A DNA stretch of 64,000 nucleotides, taken from Candidatus Dojkabacteria bacterium HGW-Dojkabacteria-1. Lineage in GTDB: Bacteria > Patescibacteriota > Dojkabacteria > SC72. The position numbers were made by a program, and so were the translations under genes. The stretch covers positions 168,647 through 232,646 of the forward strand of contig PHAO01000001.1 in the NCBI GenBank assembly GCA_002840365.1. The letters run 5' to 3'. Below are positions 1 through 9,493 of this stretch, in pieces. The notes beneath the pieces are model-generated. The model saw only the letters and a program-made list of their open reading frames with translations. It did no database searches and was not told the DNA's origin. Numbering within the stretch: the stretch's first letter is position 1; each line of letters starts with the position of its first letter.

Positions 1-429
1 ATTGGAACTAATGATTTAACTGAGCAATACATTGATATAACTTCTAGATTAGAAAATCTTAAACAAGTAGAAGCCCAACTCGTAGAAATTCTTAAAAATG
101 CTTCCTCAGTACAAGACATCCTAGCGGTACAGAAAGAATTAAACACAGTAAGGGGAGACATTGAAAGCTATGAAGCGCAAAAGAGATACTTTGATAGTCA
201 GACAGACTATGCATACATATCAATTACATTCAGTATAGACAAGGAAGGATTAAATATTTCTGATGAACCATGGAAACCTTTGGGAGAGTTTAGAGCAGCT
301 CTTAATGCATTGGTATCTGTTTTGAGAGGATTAGTAAATGCAGGAATATGGTTACTTGTATTTTCACCTGTAGTTCTAATACCTGTAGGTATTGTCATAT
401 TCGTTACTAAGAAAAAGCAGGTAAAATAA
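1..429 (+). CDS. C-terminal fragment of a DUF4349-like protein (coiled-coil then a C-terminal TM helix); 5' end lies outside the window
   Basis: Frame 1 is open from nt 1 to TAA at 427-429. Translation ...LTEQYIDITSRLENLKQVEAQLVEILKNASSVQDILAVQKELNTVRGDIESYEAQKRYFDSQ...GIWLLVFSPVVLIPVGIVIFVTKKKQVK matches the DUF4349 architecture as I remember it. Confidence 0.5.
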   Translation: MGTNDLTEQYIDITSRLENLKQVEAQLVEILKNASSVQDILAVQKELNTVRGDIESYEAQKRYFDSQTDYAYISITFSIDKEGLNISDEPWKPLGEFRAALNALVSVLRGLVNAGIWLLVFSPVVLIPVGIVIFVTKKKQVK

Positions 430-452
430 AGGATAAAATGATATAATATATG

Positions 453-753
453 GCGTAAGTATCATATACGATCGCGCTAATTAATAATTAGTGAGGAAAG
501 TCCGGACTCCATGTAGCCTCTGACATATTGAGGTAAGTGCCAATGAAAATTGGGAGGGAGTGATCTTTCGGAGAAAAGGGCAACAGAAAGTTATACCGCC
601 TAAGTTTACTTAGGTAAGGGTGAAATGGTGGTGTAAGAGACCACCGGGTATTGCAGTAATGTAATATCGCGTGGCAACCCCCCTTGGAGCAAGGCTTAGC
701 CGCATAGATAGATGATCGTTTAATACAGAATCCGGCTTACTTGATACTTACGC
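453..753 (+). ncRNA. rnpB: RNase P RNA (bacterial type A, reduced size ~300 nt)
   Basis: Universal P4 motifs are present: GAGGAAAGUCCGGACUCC (487-504) and ACAGAAUCCGGCUUAC (725-740). P10-12 region AGGGUGAAAUGGUGGUGUAAGAGACCACC is present. The 5'/3' ends pair as P1 (gcgtaagtatca 453-464 with tgatacttacgc 743-753). Confidence 0.85.
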
Positions 754-778
754 ATTTAAATACAGTACACTAGAAAAC

Positions 779-1084
779 ATGAGTATAGAGGATGAGATAT
801 ATCAAGATTGTTTCGGCGATGATGATGATTTTGACAAGGAACTAGACCAAGAAGTAATTGAGGACTTAGCAATGGACTATATATGGGGTGAAGTGACAGA
901 TGATAACCCTTCAACCGCAAATGGCCTTTCAGGTCTAGAGCAAGTAATAGCATATGCATTTGATCTTGCCCAAGATGACAAGAAAACAATCAGAAAATTA
1001 AAGTATAGGGTATACGCTAGAGTTTCAGAACTTAATGGTGGATGTGATATGAGTAGTGCCGATTCTTTTTCTTTACAAGATTAA
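779..1084 (+). CDS. hypothetical small acidic protein (101 aa); its 3' end overlaps the fmt 3' end by 12 nt
   Basis: The ORF is intergenic relative to RNase P RNA and fmt. It is very acidic (DDDDFDKELDQEVIEDL) with no recognisable domain. Confidence 0.35.
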   Translation: MSIEDEIYQDCFGDDDDFDKELDQEVIEDLAMDYIWGEVTDDNPSTANGLSGLEQVIAYAFDLAQDDKKTIRKLKYRVYARVSELNGGCDMSSADSFSLQD

Positions 1085-2041
1085 ATCTTTTCCAATACCA
1101 TTAATAAAATCTTTTTCTTTCAACCTGTTTCTCCCCTCTATTTGTAAGTCCTTTATTCTTAAGGAAGTGTTTCTATCTTTTGTAGAAATTAGGAGACAGT
1201 CATTGCTTACATAAGGAGACCCAGGCTTCAAATTAGAATCTATATCGACAAGTTCAGCCTCATAAATCTTGACAATCTTACCCTGTAAGTTTCTTGTCTT
1301 ACCCTCTTGTATAACAAACCAAGCAACTGGCCAAGGAATCATAGCTCTAACTAGCCTTTCAATATATTTTGGGTCCATTTCATCCCACAATATCTCCGCT
1401 TTGTCTTTGGATATATCCTTTTGCCAACAGTAAGTAGCTTTAGAATCATCTTGTTTCTCAGGGGTAATATTTCCCTCTATCCAATCCTCCAAAATATCTC
1501 CAAGTACTTCCGCAGATTTCTTAACTAATCTTTCTCTTAAAGATTGGTTGGTATCATTTGGTAATATCGGTTCTCTGTAAATCTCTAAGACATCTCCCTC
1601 ATCCATTCCTTCTGACATTAACATTATGGAAATACCCGTCTCATTCTCACCATCCAATATTGCTTTTTGAATAGGGACAGCTCCTCTGTATTTAGGTAAT
1701 ATTGAAAAATGAACGTTAATTGCCTTGTATTTAGGATATTCCAAGAAAAACCCTGGCACTATCTCTCCAAAAGCTTTACATACAATTAGCTCCGGTTTAA
1801 AAAGTTCTAAAGCTTGTGCATATCTTTCTTCATTCTTCTCCGTATGAAAAACCTCTATACCATTTTCAAGAGCATAATCTTTGACTTTAGAAGGAGTTAA
1901 GATCTGTTTTCTACCAACCGGCTTATCTGTTGTAGTTATTACTCCTACGATATCAAACCTTTCATCAATATGTAGAGCCTTAAGTGTCTCGACTGATTCC
2001 CAGTCTGTTCCAAGAAAGAGAGTTTTAATTGATTCCACCAT
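1073..2041 (-). CDS. fmt: methionyl-tRNA formyltransferase
   Basis: N-terminal formyltransferase fold (FLGTDWESVETLKAL..., INVHFSILPKYRGAVPIQKAIL) with a C-terminal Fmt domain; 322 aa. Confidence 0.9.
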   Translation of the reverse strand: MVESIKTLFLGTDWESVETLKALHIDERFDIVGVITTTDKPVGRKQILTPSKVKDYALENGIEVFHTEKNEERYAQALELFKPELIVCKAFGEIVPGFFLEYPKYKAINVHFSILPKYRGAVPIQKAILDGENETGISIMLMSEGMDEGDVLEIYREPILPNDTNQSLRERLVKKSAEVLGDILEDWIEGNITPEKQDDSKATYCWQKDISKDKAEILWDEMDPKYIERLVRAMIPWPVAWFVIQEGKTRNLQGKIVKIYEAELVDIDSNLKPGSPYVSNDCLLISTKDRNTSLRIKDLQIEGRNRLKEKDFINGIGKDLIL

Positions 2042-2105
2042 GCTGTAATTTTACTGCAATAGCAAGAAAAATGCCATAAAATGTAATATAATAGCGATAC
2101 CAAGA

Positions 2106-3146
2106 ATGAAAATAGAAGAATTTAAGTACAACTTACCAGAGGAGTTAATAGCAAAATATCCTCCTAAGAAAAGAGGTACATCGAACTTGTTAGTACTTGA
2201 TAAAGAGAGTGGAGAAATCACTCATAGGAAATACTTTAACATACCAGAATATATCCAGAAAGGAGATATTGTTGTATTAAATGAAACTAAAGTAATAAAC
2301 AGTAGGACATTTTTCTTTACACCAAAAGGTAAGAGAGTGGAAGTACTCTTTTTGGAAAATATTGGTAACGACATATGGTATGTCCTCATCGGTAGAGCTA
2401 GAAATGTAGATATCGAAGATACATTAGTAAATGAAGAAGGTCAAGAAGTACAAATACAGATTAAAGAGAGAAAAGAGAATGGATTTGTAGTTCTGTTTAC
2501 TAAAGGTTCAAGTCATATCCTTTTTGAAAAGTATGGGCATACCCCTCTCCCCCCATATATGAAAAGAGAAGACGAGGAAAGTGATAAAGAGAGATACAAT
2601 ACAATATTTTCTAAAATACAAGGAGCTGTAGCAGCACCAACGGCAAGTCTTAATCTTACAGATGAAATATTAAAGGAAATTGAAAAGAGGGGAGCAAAAA
2701 TATTGAAGGTAGAATTAAGAGTAGGATGGGGAACATTTGCACCAATTAGAGAAGAAGATATTGAAAATCACAAAATTCATACGGAATATATAAATATATC
2801 TCAAGAGGTAGCAGAAGCAATTAACAACAGAAAAGGAAAAGTGTGGGCATTTGGAACAACAGTAGCAAGAACACTCGAAAGTGTTGCATATGAACAAAAT
2901 GGGAAATATTTGCTTAAATCATACTCCGGAGATACCTCCCTTTATATATACCCAGGATATAAATGGAAGATTGTAGATACTCTTGTTACAAACTTCCATA
3001 TGCCAGACTCCTCACTAATTCTTCTGGTTAGTTCTTTTGCAGGTAAGGAAAATATCAAACAGGCATATGAAGAAGCAGTAAGTAAAAAATACAAATTCCT
3101 TAGCTATGGGGACAGTATGTTAATTGGAAATAACTTAAGTAAATAG
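2106..3146 (+). CDS. queA: S-adenosylmethionine:tRNA ribosyltransferase-isomerase
   Basis: MKIEEFKYNLPEELIAKYPPKKRGTSNLLVL... and HTPLPPYMKRE match QueA signature regions; 346 aa. Confidence 0.9.
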   Translation: MKIEEFKYNLPEELIAKYPPKKRGTSNLLVLDKESGEITHRKYFNIPEYIQKGDIVVLNETKVINSRTFFFTPKGKRVEVLFLENIGNDIWYVLIGRARNVDIEDTLVNEEGQEVQIQIKERKENGFVVLFTKGSSHILFEKYGHTPLPPYMKREDEESDKERYNTIFSKIQGAVAAPTASLNLTDEILKEIEKRGAKILKVELRVGWGTFAPIREEDIENHKIHTEYINISQEVAEAINNRKGKVWAFGTTVARTLESVAYEQNGKYLLKSYSGDTSLYIYPGYKWKIVDTLVTNFHMPDSSLILLVSSFAGKENIKQAYEEAVSKKYKFLSYGDSMLIGNNLSK

Positions 3147-3150
3147 AAGG

Positions 3151-4170
3151 ATGAATTTAGAGACTCTTAAACAAAAATATTTCTTCATGCCAGATGCAAC
3201 TAGAGGAGCAGTAAGATACCTAACTACAAAACAACTTAAAGAAACAGGTACAGAGGCTATCGTTACAAATACACTACATCTACTTATACATCCTGGTCCT
3301 GATGTAATACAGGAGTTGGGAGGTATAAAGAAGATGATGGGATGGGATGGTATTGTTTTTACAGACTCTGGTGGTTTCCAGGTATTTTCTTTAATTCATT
3401 CTAAGAAATGGAAGGGTAAAGTACATGAAAATGGTGCTACTTTTAAATCTCCAAGAGAGGGAAATGTATATGAACTTACACCTGAATCTAGTATTGATAT
3501 ACAGATAAAGATTGGAAGTGATGTATTGGTGTGTTTAGATGATTGTAGAAAAACAGATTTAAATAGATATGAAGCAGAGCAATCTGTAGAGAGAACAATA
3601 AAGTGGGCAAAAAGATGTAAAGATCACTTTGAGAAAGAATATGGTGGAACAGCAAAAACTGGAAAACTTCTTACATGTGTTGTGCAAGGAGCCAATTTTC
3701 CAGACTTAAGAGAAAAGTGTGCAAAAGCATTAGTAGAAATAGGGTTTGATGGTTACAACTTCGGAGGATTTGTAGTAGACAGTGAGGGAAGGTTAGTGGA
3801 AGATGAAATGTCTGCAGTGATAGAGAATGTTCCGAAAGATACAATAAGGTATGCAATGGGAGTTGGTAAACCAGAAGATATTCTTAAAGCAGCGAAAATA
3901 GGTTTTAATCTCTTTGATACAGTACTTGTTACTCGTAATGCAAGACATGGAACACTGTATACATCAGAAGGAGAATTAAGGATGGGTAATAGTGAAATGG
4001 CTTTGGATAAAAGACCCGTAGATTCTAATTGTAATTGTGAATGTTGTTCTAATTATACTAGAGCATATATTCATCATATGATGAAAAATGGAGAAGCGAC
4101 TGCGCTTACTCTGGCAACTATCCACAATCTTACACACTACCAGTCTTTAATAAGTAAGCTAAATAGCTAG
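3151..4170 (+). CDS. tgt: queuine tRNA-ribosyltransferase
   Basis: FTDSGGFQVFSL, the LVCLDDC region, and the Zn-binding CNCECCSNYTRAYIHH near the C-terminus; 339 aa; directly follows queA. Confidence 0.9.
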   Translation: MNLETLKQKYFFMPDATRGAVRYLTTKQLKETGTEAIVTNTLHLLIHPGPDVIQELGGIKKMMGWDGIVFTDSGGFQVFSLIHSKKWKGKVHENGATFKSPREGNVYELTPESSIDIQIKIGSDVLVCLDDCRKTDLNRYEAEQSVERTIKWAKRCKDHFEKEYGGTAKTGKLLTCVVQGANFPDLREKCAKALVEIGFDGYNFGGFVVDSEGRLVEDEMSAVIENVPKDTIRYAMGVGKPEDILKAAKIGFNLFDTVLVTRNARHGTLYTSEGELRMGNSEMALDKRPVDSNCNCECCSNYTRAYIHHMMKNGEATALTLATIHNLTHYQSLISKLNS

Positions 4171-4387
4171 AAAGAAGACGCTAAAAATGATATCATTACT
4201 AAGTCCTTGATATAGCCATTTTTTAAGGCAGGGAAAGAAATATTGATATATTGAATTAATGAAATTTTTGAAGAATATATATATTAAAAGATATATACAA
4301 GAAGAATATTACAATCGGAATCTAGGTTAGATTCTGCTTTTTCTTTTCCCCAAAATAAGGATTGAATAAATTTTTAACAGTACTGTA

Positions 4388-5908
4388 ATGGACTTCATTA
4401 TTGGTCTCATTGCAACTCTACTGGGAAGTGCTCTCGCATTTTCTTACATTAAGTTTGTAAAAAAATGGGTAGACATAAAGAATATACCAGAAGAAGAAGT
4501 AGCAAGAGTTGCAGACAAAATAATCGGTGACAAAATAGAAAAAGCCGAAAAAGAAATAGAGGAAAACAAAAAGAGATCTGAGGATAGACTCAGGGAAATG
4601 AGGAAAGAAACTCAAGAGCATGAAGAGCTTCTCATAGATAGAGAGAAGAAGCTAAATGAGAGAACAAAGATGCTTGATCAGAAGAGTGAGGAATTGGAAG
4701 TATCTACTGAAAGTGTAAAGAAAATGCAAAGAGGTCTCGAGAAGACTAGAGCTCAACTTAAAGAAGAATTAGAAAGGATATCAGGTCTTACACAAGAAGA
4801 AGCAAGGCAAAAATTAATGAGCCAAGTAGATGAGGATATAAAAAACTATGAAGCAAAAAAGATTAGACAAGCAGAAAAGAAGGTAGAAGAAATTGCAGAA
4901 GAGAAAGCTAGAGAGATACTTGTAGAATCTATGCAAAGAATAGCTACTGACTATGTAGGAGAAACTACAACATCTACTATTAAAATTGAAGATGACAAAG
5001 TTAAGGGTAGAGTAATCGGTAAGGAAGGAAGAAACATTAGAGCATTTGAAAAACTAACAGGGGTAGATGTAATAGTGGATGAATCACCAAATACAATTGC
5101 TCTTTCATCCTTTGATCCACTTAGGAGAGAAATAGCTTCTGTCGCACTTACCAAACTTATCGGTGATGGAAGAATTCATCCAGGTTCAATTGAAGAAGCA
5201 ATTAGAAAAGCAAAGAATGAAATTTCGATAGAGATTAAAAAGAATGGTCAAATACTTGCTGAAGAGGCAGATTGGCCAGGAATAGACATAGGGTTGCTTA
5301 AACTCATTGGTAAGATGAAGTACAGAACAAGCTATGGACAATCACTCATGTCTCATACAATTGAGATGATGAGAATGGGAGAAGTATTAGCTGCTGAGGT
5401 AGGAGCTGATGTATCACTAGTAAAGAGAGCATGTCTTTTACATGATGTCGGTAAGGTTTTAACACACAAAATTGAAAGTCCTCATCATCATATATCTGGT
5501 CAAGTTGCTAGAAAGTATGGATTAGATGAGAAGTTAGTTAATGCAATAGAGTCACACCACTTAGATATTGAACCACAATCTGTAGAAGCAGTATTAGTAT
5601 ATATAGCAGATGCAATCTCTGGTGCAAGACCAGGTGCAAGAAAGGATAGCTATGAACAATATATTCAGAGAATTGAATCATTAGAGAATGTAGCTAAGGA
5701 ATTAGGTGGAGACAAGATAGAAGAGGTATTTGCAATTAAAGCAGGAAGAGAACTAAGAATAATTGTTAAACCTGCTTTGATATCCGATGATGAGATGACA
5801 GTACTTGCAAAGGATATTGCATCAAGTATTGAGAAGACTCAGAACTATCCAGGTAATGTAGAAGTAACCTTAATTAGAGAAACTAGAGCTGTAGAAGTAG
5901 CTAGATAG
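4388..5908 (+). CDS. rny: ribonuclease Y
   Basis: N-terminal TM helix, long coiled-coil, KH domain (GRVIGKEGRNIRAFEKLTGVDVIVDESPNTIALSSFDP) and HD domain (LLHDVGK...HH); 506 aa. Confidence 0.9.
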   Translation: MDFIIGLIATLLGSALAFSYIKFVKKWVDIKNIPEEEVARVADKIIGDKIEKAEKEIEENKKRSEDRLREMRKETQEHEELLIDREKKLNERTKMLDQKSEELEVSTESVKKMQRGLEKTRAQLKEELERISGLTQEEARQKLMSQVDEDIKNYEAKKIRQAEKKVEEIAEEKAREILVESMQRIATDYVGETTTSTIKIEDDKVKGRVIGKEGRNIRAFEKLTGVDVIVDESPNTIALSSFDPLRREIASVALTKLIGDGRIHPGSIEEAIRKAKNEISIEIKKNGQILAEEADWPGIDIGLLKLIGKMKYRTSYGQSLMSHTIEMMRMGEVLAAEVGADVSLVKRACLLHDVGKVLTHKIESPHHHISGQVARKYGLDEKLVNAIESHHLDIEPQSVEAVLVYIADAISGARPGARKDSYEQYIQRIESLENVAKELGGDKIEEVFAIKAGRELRIIVKPALISDDEMTVLAKDIASSIEKTQNYPGNVEVTLIRETRAVEVAR

Positions 5909-5959
5909 CGTAACTTCTAGTACACATTACTACAGGACCTAAATGCAACTAGGGTAAAA

Positions 5960-5990
5960 GAGGGGAGATAACTAATCTCCCCTTTTTGTT
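5960..5990 (+). terminator. rho-independent terminator after rny
   Basis: aggggagat(aacta)atctcccct followed by TTTTT. Confidence 0.7.
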
Positions 5991-6352
5991 TAAAAATCCT
6001 TTTATGTACACATTTTGTTTGTAAAACCTTTGGAAAGATCCTTATACAAAGATTTACTTAAACATGAAAGAATGCTTTTAAATAGTGACTTTTCAGGCAT
6101 GGGGATATGAAACAATATAGAAAAGAAAACATTTAAATAAATATTAATTTAAGATAATCAAATTATTTACTCAAAAGAAACATCATTTATCTTGACAAAT
6201 CAATACTTTTTAATACTACCTCTATAAAATCCTATAACAATAAGCTTCTTGCTGTAATCCTTTATTTACGCTATTTTATTGAAGTGGTAGCACGAATCGC
6301 ATGATATCAGGATTCGTGGCACCCATATCTCTAAGAAAGGAGGTTTAAACAC

Positions 6353-6625
6353 ATGTTAAAGAAAGATTTAATAGAGAGAGTTGCTAAAGCTGCTGGACTT
6401 ACAAAGAAGCAAGCAGGTGAGGCTGTAGATGCATTGTTTGATGCAATCACAGATTCACTTAAGTCTGGAGATCCTGTTTTACTAACAGGCTTCGGTAAGT
6501 TTGAAGTAAGAGAAAGAGCTGCTAGAACAGGTATCAATCCTAAGACTCTTGAGAAGATCAAGTTACCAGCATCTAAGGTTCCTGCCTTTAAAGCTGGAAA
6601 AGCACTTAAGGTTGCTGTTAAGTAA
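6353..6625 (+). CDS. hup: DNA-binding protein HU
   Basis: 90 aa; [32 protein letters not shown]...[20 protein letters not shown]; RBS AAAGGAGGT at 6335-6343. Confidence 0.9.
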   Translation: MLKKDLIERVAKAAGLTKKQAGEAVDALFDAITDSLKSGDPVLLTGFGKFEVRERAARTGINPKTLEKIKLPASKVPAFKAGKALKVAVK

Positions 6626-6665
6626 GCAATTTCTGCCGGCATTTCTCTCTAGACGAGAGAATTAG

Positions 6666-6700
6666 AAAACCTGGGTTCCTGACCCAGGTTTTTCTTTTAC
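6666..6700. terminator. bidirectional rho-independent terminator between hup (+) and the flavodoxin-like gene (-)
   Basis: aacctgggtt-cctg-acccaggtt hairpin flanked by A-run and T-run. Confidence 0.7.
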
Positions 6701-6712
6701 ACAATCCAATGA

Positions 6713-7252
6713 TTATTTCTCTTGTTTGAAGAAGAATACTACAGAATTAGCTTTTTCTAAATCAACCATATCAGCTACCCCAAGTTTCTCTTTATTGTCT
6801 ATCATTTTGATAATGAATTTCTCAAAAAGATTCAATTTAGAAAAAACAACCCTACCAGGTAATTTAATATATTGAATCTTTTTCCTTATATGTACAGGAA
6901 TTTGTTTGTATGCATCCTTACTATTAGGATGATCCTCTGGTAGCATTCCAACTGCAAATACAAATACATTCTTGTTTTTTAATATACTCCAATTATTAAT
7001 TAAAAAGGAATTGTAAAAAGTCATACCAGCATATACAGAAGAACCTAATATTACATTCTTGTAAGAATTCAAATTTTTGATATCAAATTCTTCAACAGAG
7101 AATAGTTCGCTATCAGGAATATTCCTGTTTATATACTCTGCATACTCCTTTGTACTACCATATTTTGATTTATATATTATTACTGTATTCATTAATCTAG
7201 TTATCAAATTATACGCAATTATATATGAATTATTTTCAAAAGCGAACTTCAT
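6713..7252 (-). CDS. flavodoxin-like domain protein (true start probably at the internal Met, ~7192)
   Basis: MNTVIIYKSKYGSTKEYAEYI is a typical flavodoxin-fold N-terminus (FMN-binding loop). Confidence 0.55.
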   Translation of the reverse strand: MKFAFENNSYIIAYNLITRLMNTVIIYKSKYGSTKEYAEYINRNIPDSELFSVEEFDIKNLNSYKNVILGSSVYAGMTFYNSFLINNWSILKNKNVFVFAVGMLPEDHPNSKDAYKQIPVHIRKKIQYIKLPGRVVFSKLNLFEKFIIKMIDNKEKLGVADMVDLEKANSVVFFFKQEK

Positions 7253-7306
7253 ATTTAACCAATGACATGCTACTATGTATCAATAAATGATGTATAACTA
7301 CTGCTA

Positions 7307-8689
7307 GTGAGGAAATTCTTTATTCCAAGTAAAGACAATGATTACAAACCCTTCTTACTTAGGAGAGCTGCTCTCTCTGTATATACAATATTACTTCTTT
7401 TAGTTAACACCTTTGGTGGACTTGTAGGTATACCAGAAGTAATGGCAAGTTCTGTCACACCAAGTAATATAATAGGGCTTACAAATCAACAAAGAGCAGC
7501 AGCTGGACTAAATACTCTTAATGTTGATTCTAGGCTTACTGCAGCGGCTCAGGCGAAGGCAAACAACATGTTTTCAGAGCAGTATTGGGATCACTTTGGA
7601 CCAAATGGAGAGACTCCCTGGATGTTTATCTCACAAGCGGGATATCAGTATGTATATGCAGGTGAAAACTTAGCAAAAGGGTTTAGAACAGCAGAGGGTG
7701 TACATGAGGCATGGATGGCTAGTCCGACACATAGGGATAATATAATGAGTGGAAATTACAAAGATATTGGAGTTGCAGTAGTAGAGGGAGAACTTCTTGG
7801 AAAACAAACAACTCTTGTTGTTCAGATGTTTGGTAATTTAACATCTCAGACATTTAAAGCAGATGCACCTGTAAAATCAGAAACTACAAAACCAAAAGCA
7901 ACCATTGTAGAAAGTGGTCAGATTAAATCGATAAGTATAACTAGTCCTAAAGTTGGGGATTTAATAAAGGATGCTAATGTAAATATTAAGGGTATAACAA
8001 AAAATATTACAGGAAACTACTCTGTAGAAATTCTCAACAATGGTGAATATGTTGGAGAGGTTGAGAGTAGTTCCTCGCAGTGGGAATATGACAAAGGAAG
8101 TGACTGGGAAGAAGGAGAGAAAAGAATTATTGCTCAAGTAAAAGGGCAAGATATTAAATCAGAACAAGTAATCTTTACGATTGACTCCTCTCCACCAATA
8201 TTTTCCAAAGAAAGTATCGTAGTAAAGAGAACAGATACTGAATTTATAATTAGTTTTAAGGTACCTGTAGATGCTCAGTCAATACAATTTGTAACAGGTG
8301 ACAAGACCTTTGATTTAGAAGTAGATGAAGAAGGAAATGCAGTATTAGGAATCTCAAGAGAAGATATTGGGGGAAGGTCAATTATCATAATTGCAGATGC
8401 AGCAGGCAATATTTCGGAACATGATATATCGGAATATTTCTTAGACGGAGATGAAGTAACACAGGGAACTCCCAGTTTGATACTTTGGTTTAGAAATATT
8501 ATTGGTACAACAGATGGTATAAGCTTGGCAATTGTATCCTTTGTATTTATACTCTTATCGATAGAGGTATATGTATATTGGAAAAAAGGAATGTTAGGAA
8601 AGAGTGCTGGAGGATTGTTTACGATAGGGGCATGGTGGTTAATTATCTTAGTTGGTGTATTTAAAGGTTTCGGAGGAATTATTAATTAA
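7307..8689 (+). CDS. secreted/membrane-anchored CAP (SCP/PR-1-like, YkwD-type) domain protein with Ig-like middle region and C-terminal TM anchor; GTG start
   Basis: N-terminal signal/TM. CAP domain: LTNQQRAAAGLNTL...AAAQAKANNMFSEQYWDHFGPNGETPWM...AGENLAKGF...AWMASPTHRDNIMSGNYKDIGVAVV. Hydrophobic C-terminus. Confidence 0.7.
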   Translation: MRKFFIPSKDNDYKPFLLRRAALSVYTILLLLVNTFGGLVGIPEVMASSVTPSNIIGLTNQQRAAAGLNTLNVDSRLTAAAQAKANNMFSEQYWDHFGPNGETPWMFISQAGYQYVYAGENLAKGFRTAEGVHEAWMASPTHRDNIMSGNYKDIGVAVVEGELLGKQTTLVVQMFGNLTSQTFKADAPVKSETTKPKATIVESGQIKSISITSPKVGDLIKDANVNIKGITKNITGNYSVEILNNGEYVGEVESSSSQWEYDKGSDWEEGEKRIIAQVKGQDIKSEQVIFTIDSSPPIFSKESIVVKRTDTEFIISFKVPVDAQSIQFVTGDKTFDLEVDEEGNAVLGISREDIGGRSIIIIADAAGNISEHDISEYFLDGDEVTQGTPSLILWFRNIIGTTDGISLAIVSFVFILLSIEVYVYWKKGMLGKSAGGLFTIGAWWLIILVGVFKGFGGIIN

Positions 8690-8701
8690 AACTGCCTAAA
8701 A

Positions 8702-9493
8702 TTGAAAAAGAAAATAGAGATAAAAAATGAATTGCTTTACTTAGCATTGATTACACTTGTTACAGTGTACTTTTCATACACTACACATATTGCTGGATTA
8801 ATGTACTTAGTAACAGGTACTCTTGGTTTGTTACTCCTGCTTACTTGGTTTGTAAGAGCATTTGCACTCTACTCTGGAAGAAGAATATCTCAATATAGTG
8901 AAGTAATACAAAGGATATCGATAAGGGATAGATTCTTTTCTTACTTTGTATTACCATCCGTTTTCTACATCTCTCTACTTGCATATATATATTTTAATAC
9001 CTCTACAATAATGGATATGGTATTAATATTGGTTGCCTCAATACAGATATTAATACTCTTTCTAAACGTAAAAAGCTCTCTTAACAAGGTATATACAATT
9101 GCAGCACAAACAAGGGCTGTATTTGACTTCATATGTATATCTACATACTTCCTACTACTAAGTGTATTGATAAGGATGGGGTTAACAATCTTTCCATTTC
9201 TAGGATTAGTATTCCTTTCCTCGTTTATACTTTTCTGGTTCGATGTAAAAATACATAGTAGGGAAAGCCTTGTAGCATTTTTACTCTCCTTTGTATCAGC
9301 TATCTTTGTATCTCTCTTTGCATGTTTGTTCTTCTCTAGTAATATATTCATTATCCCAGCAGTAGGAACTTTGGCATTTTACTTAATTTTGTCGCTTTGG
9401 AATATACGTTTTGCAGGTAAAGTCCGATTGGTAGATTACCTTCTTCCTTTCCTGTACTCAATACTAGCATTAATATTAATCTTAAACCTATGA
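8702..9493 (+). CDS. polytopic integral membrane protein, hypothetical
   Basis: 263 aa with at least 7 hydrophobic helices; no recognisable motif; stop overlaps the next start (ATGA). Confidence 0.55.
   Translation: MKKKIEIKNELLYLALITLVTVYFSYTTHIAGLMYLVTGTLGLLLLLTWFVRAFALYSGRRISQYSEVIQRISIRDRFFSYFVLPSVFYISLLAYIYFNTSTIMDMVLILVASIQILILFLNVKSSLNKVYTIAAQTRAVFDFICISTYFLLLSVLIRMGLTIFPFLGLVFLSSFILFWFDVKIHSRESLVAFLLSFVSAIFVSLFACLFFSSNIFIIPAVGTLAFYLILSLWNIRFAGKVRLVDYLLPFLYSILALILILNL

Noticed and set aside
207-398. Minus-strand 63-aa ORF inside the leading partial gene. Likewise many other short antisense ORFs in the track (756-989, 2715-2897, 3671-3856, 4418-4621, 4951-5154, 6331-6642, 7077-7265, 7961-8149, 8965-9351, 9551-10204 set, 10322-10531, 10837-11200 set, 11526-11870, 12267-12634 set, 13141-13419, 13523-13753, 14195-14571 set, 14845-15105, 20490-21142 set, 22228-22494, 23039-23312 set, 23807-24233 set, 24588-24854, 25028-25252, 28105-28290, 28829-29397 set, 30528-30713, 31234-31473, 31511-32104 set, 32456-32711, 33553-34273 set, 35812-36039, 36216-36642 set, 41322-41528, 42356-42583, 42949-43669 set, 45139-45342, 48213-48576 set, 49618-49812, 50826-51413 set, 52690-52923, 57764-57967, 59338-59658, 61541-62002, 62375-63301 set, 63717-63989).
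   Set aside because: Each lies antisense to or out of frame with a longer ORF that has clear family motifs. These are shadow ORFs typical of AT-rich sequence.
6192-6229. sigma70 promoter for hup (TTGACA at 6192-6197).
   Set aside because: No acceptable -10 hexamer lies at 16-18 bp spacing (TATAAA is 26 bp away). A promoter is surely in this AT-rich 400-bp spacer, but I cannot place it confidently.
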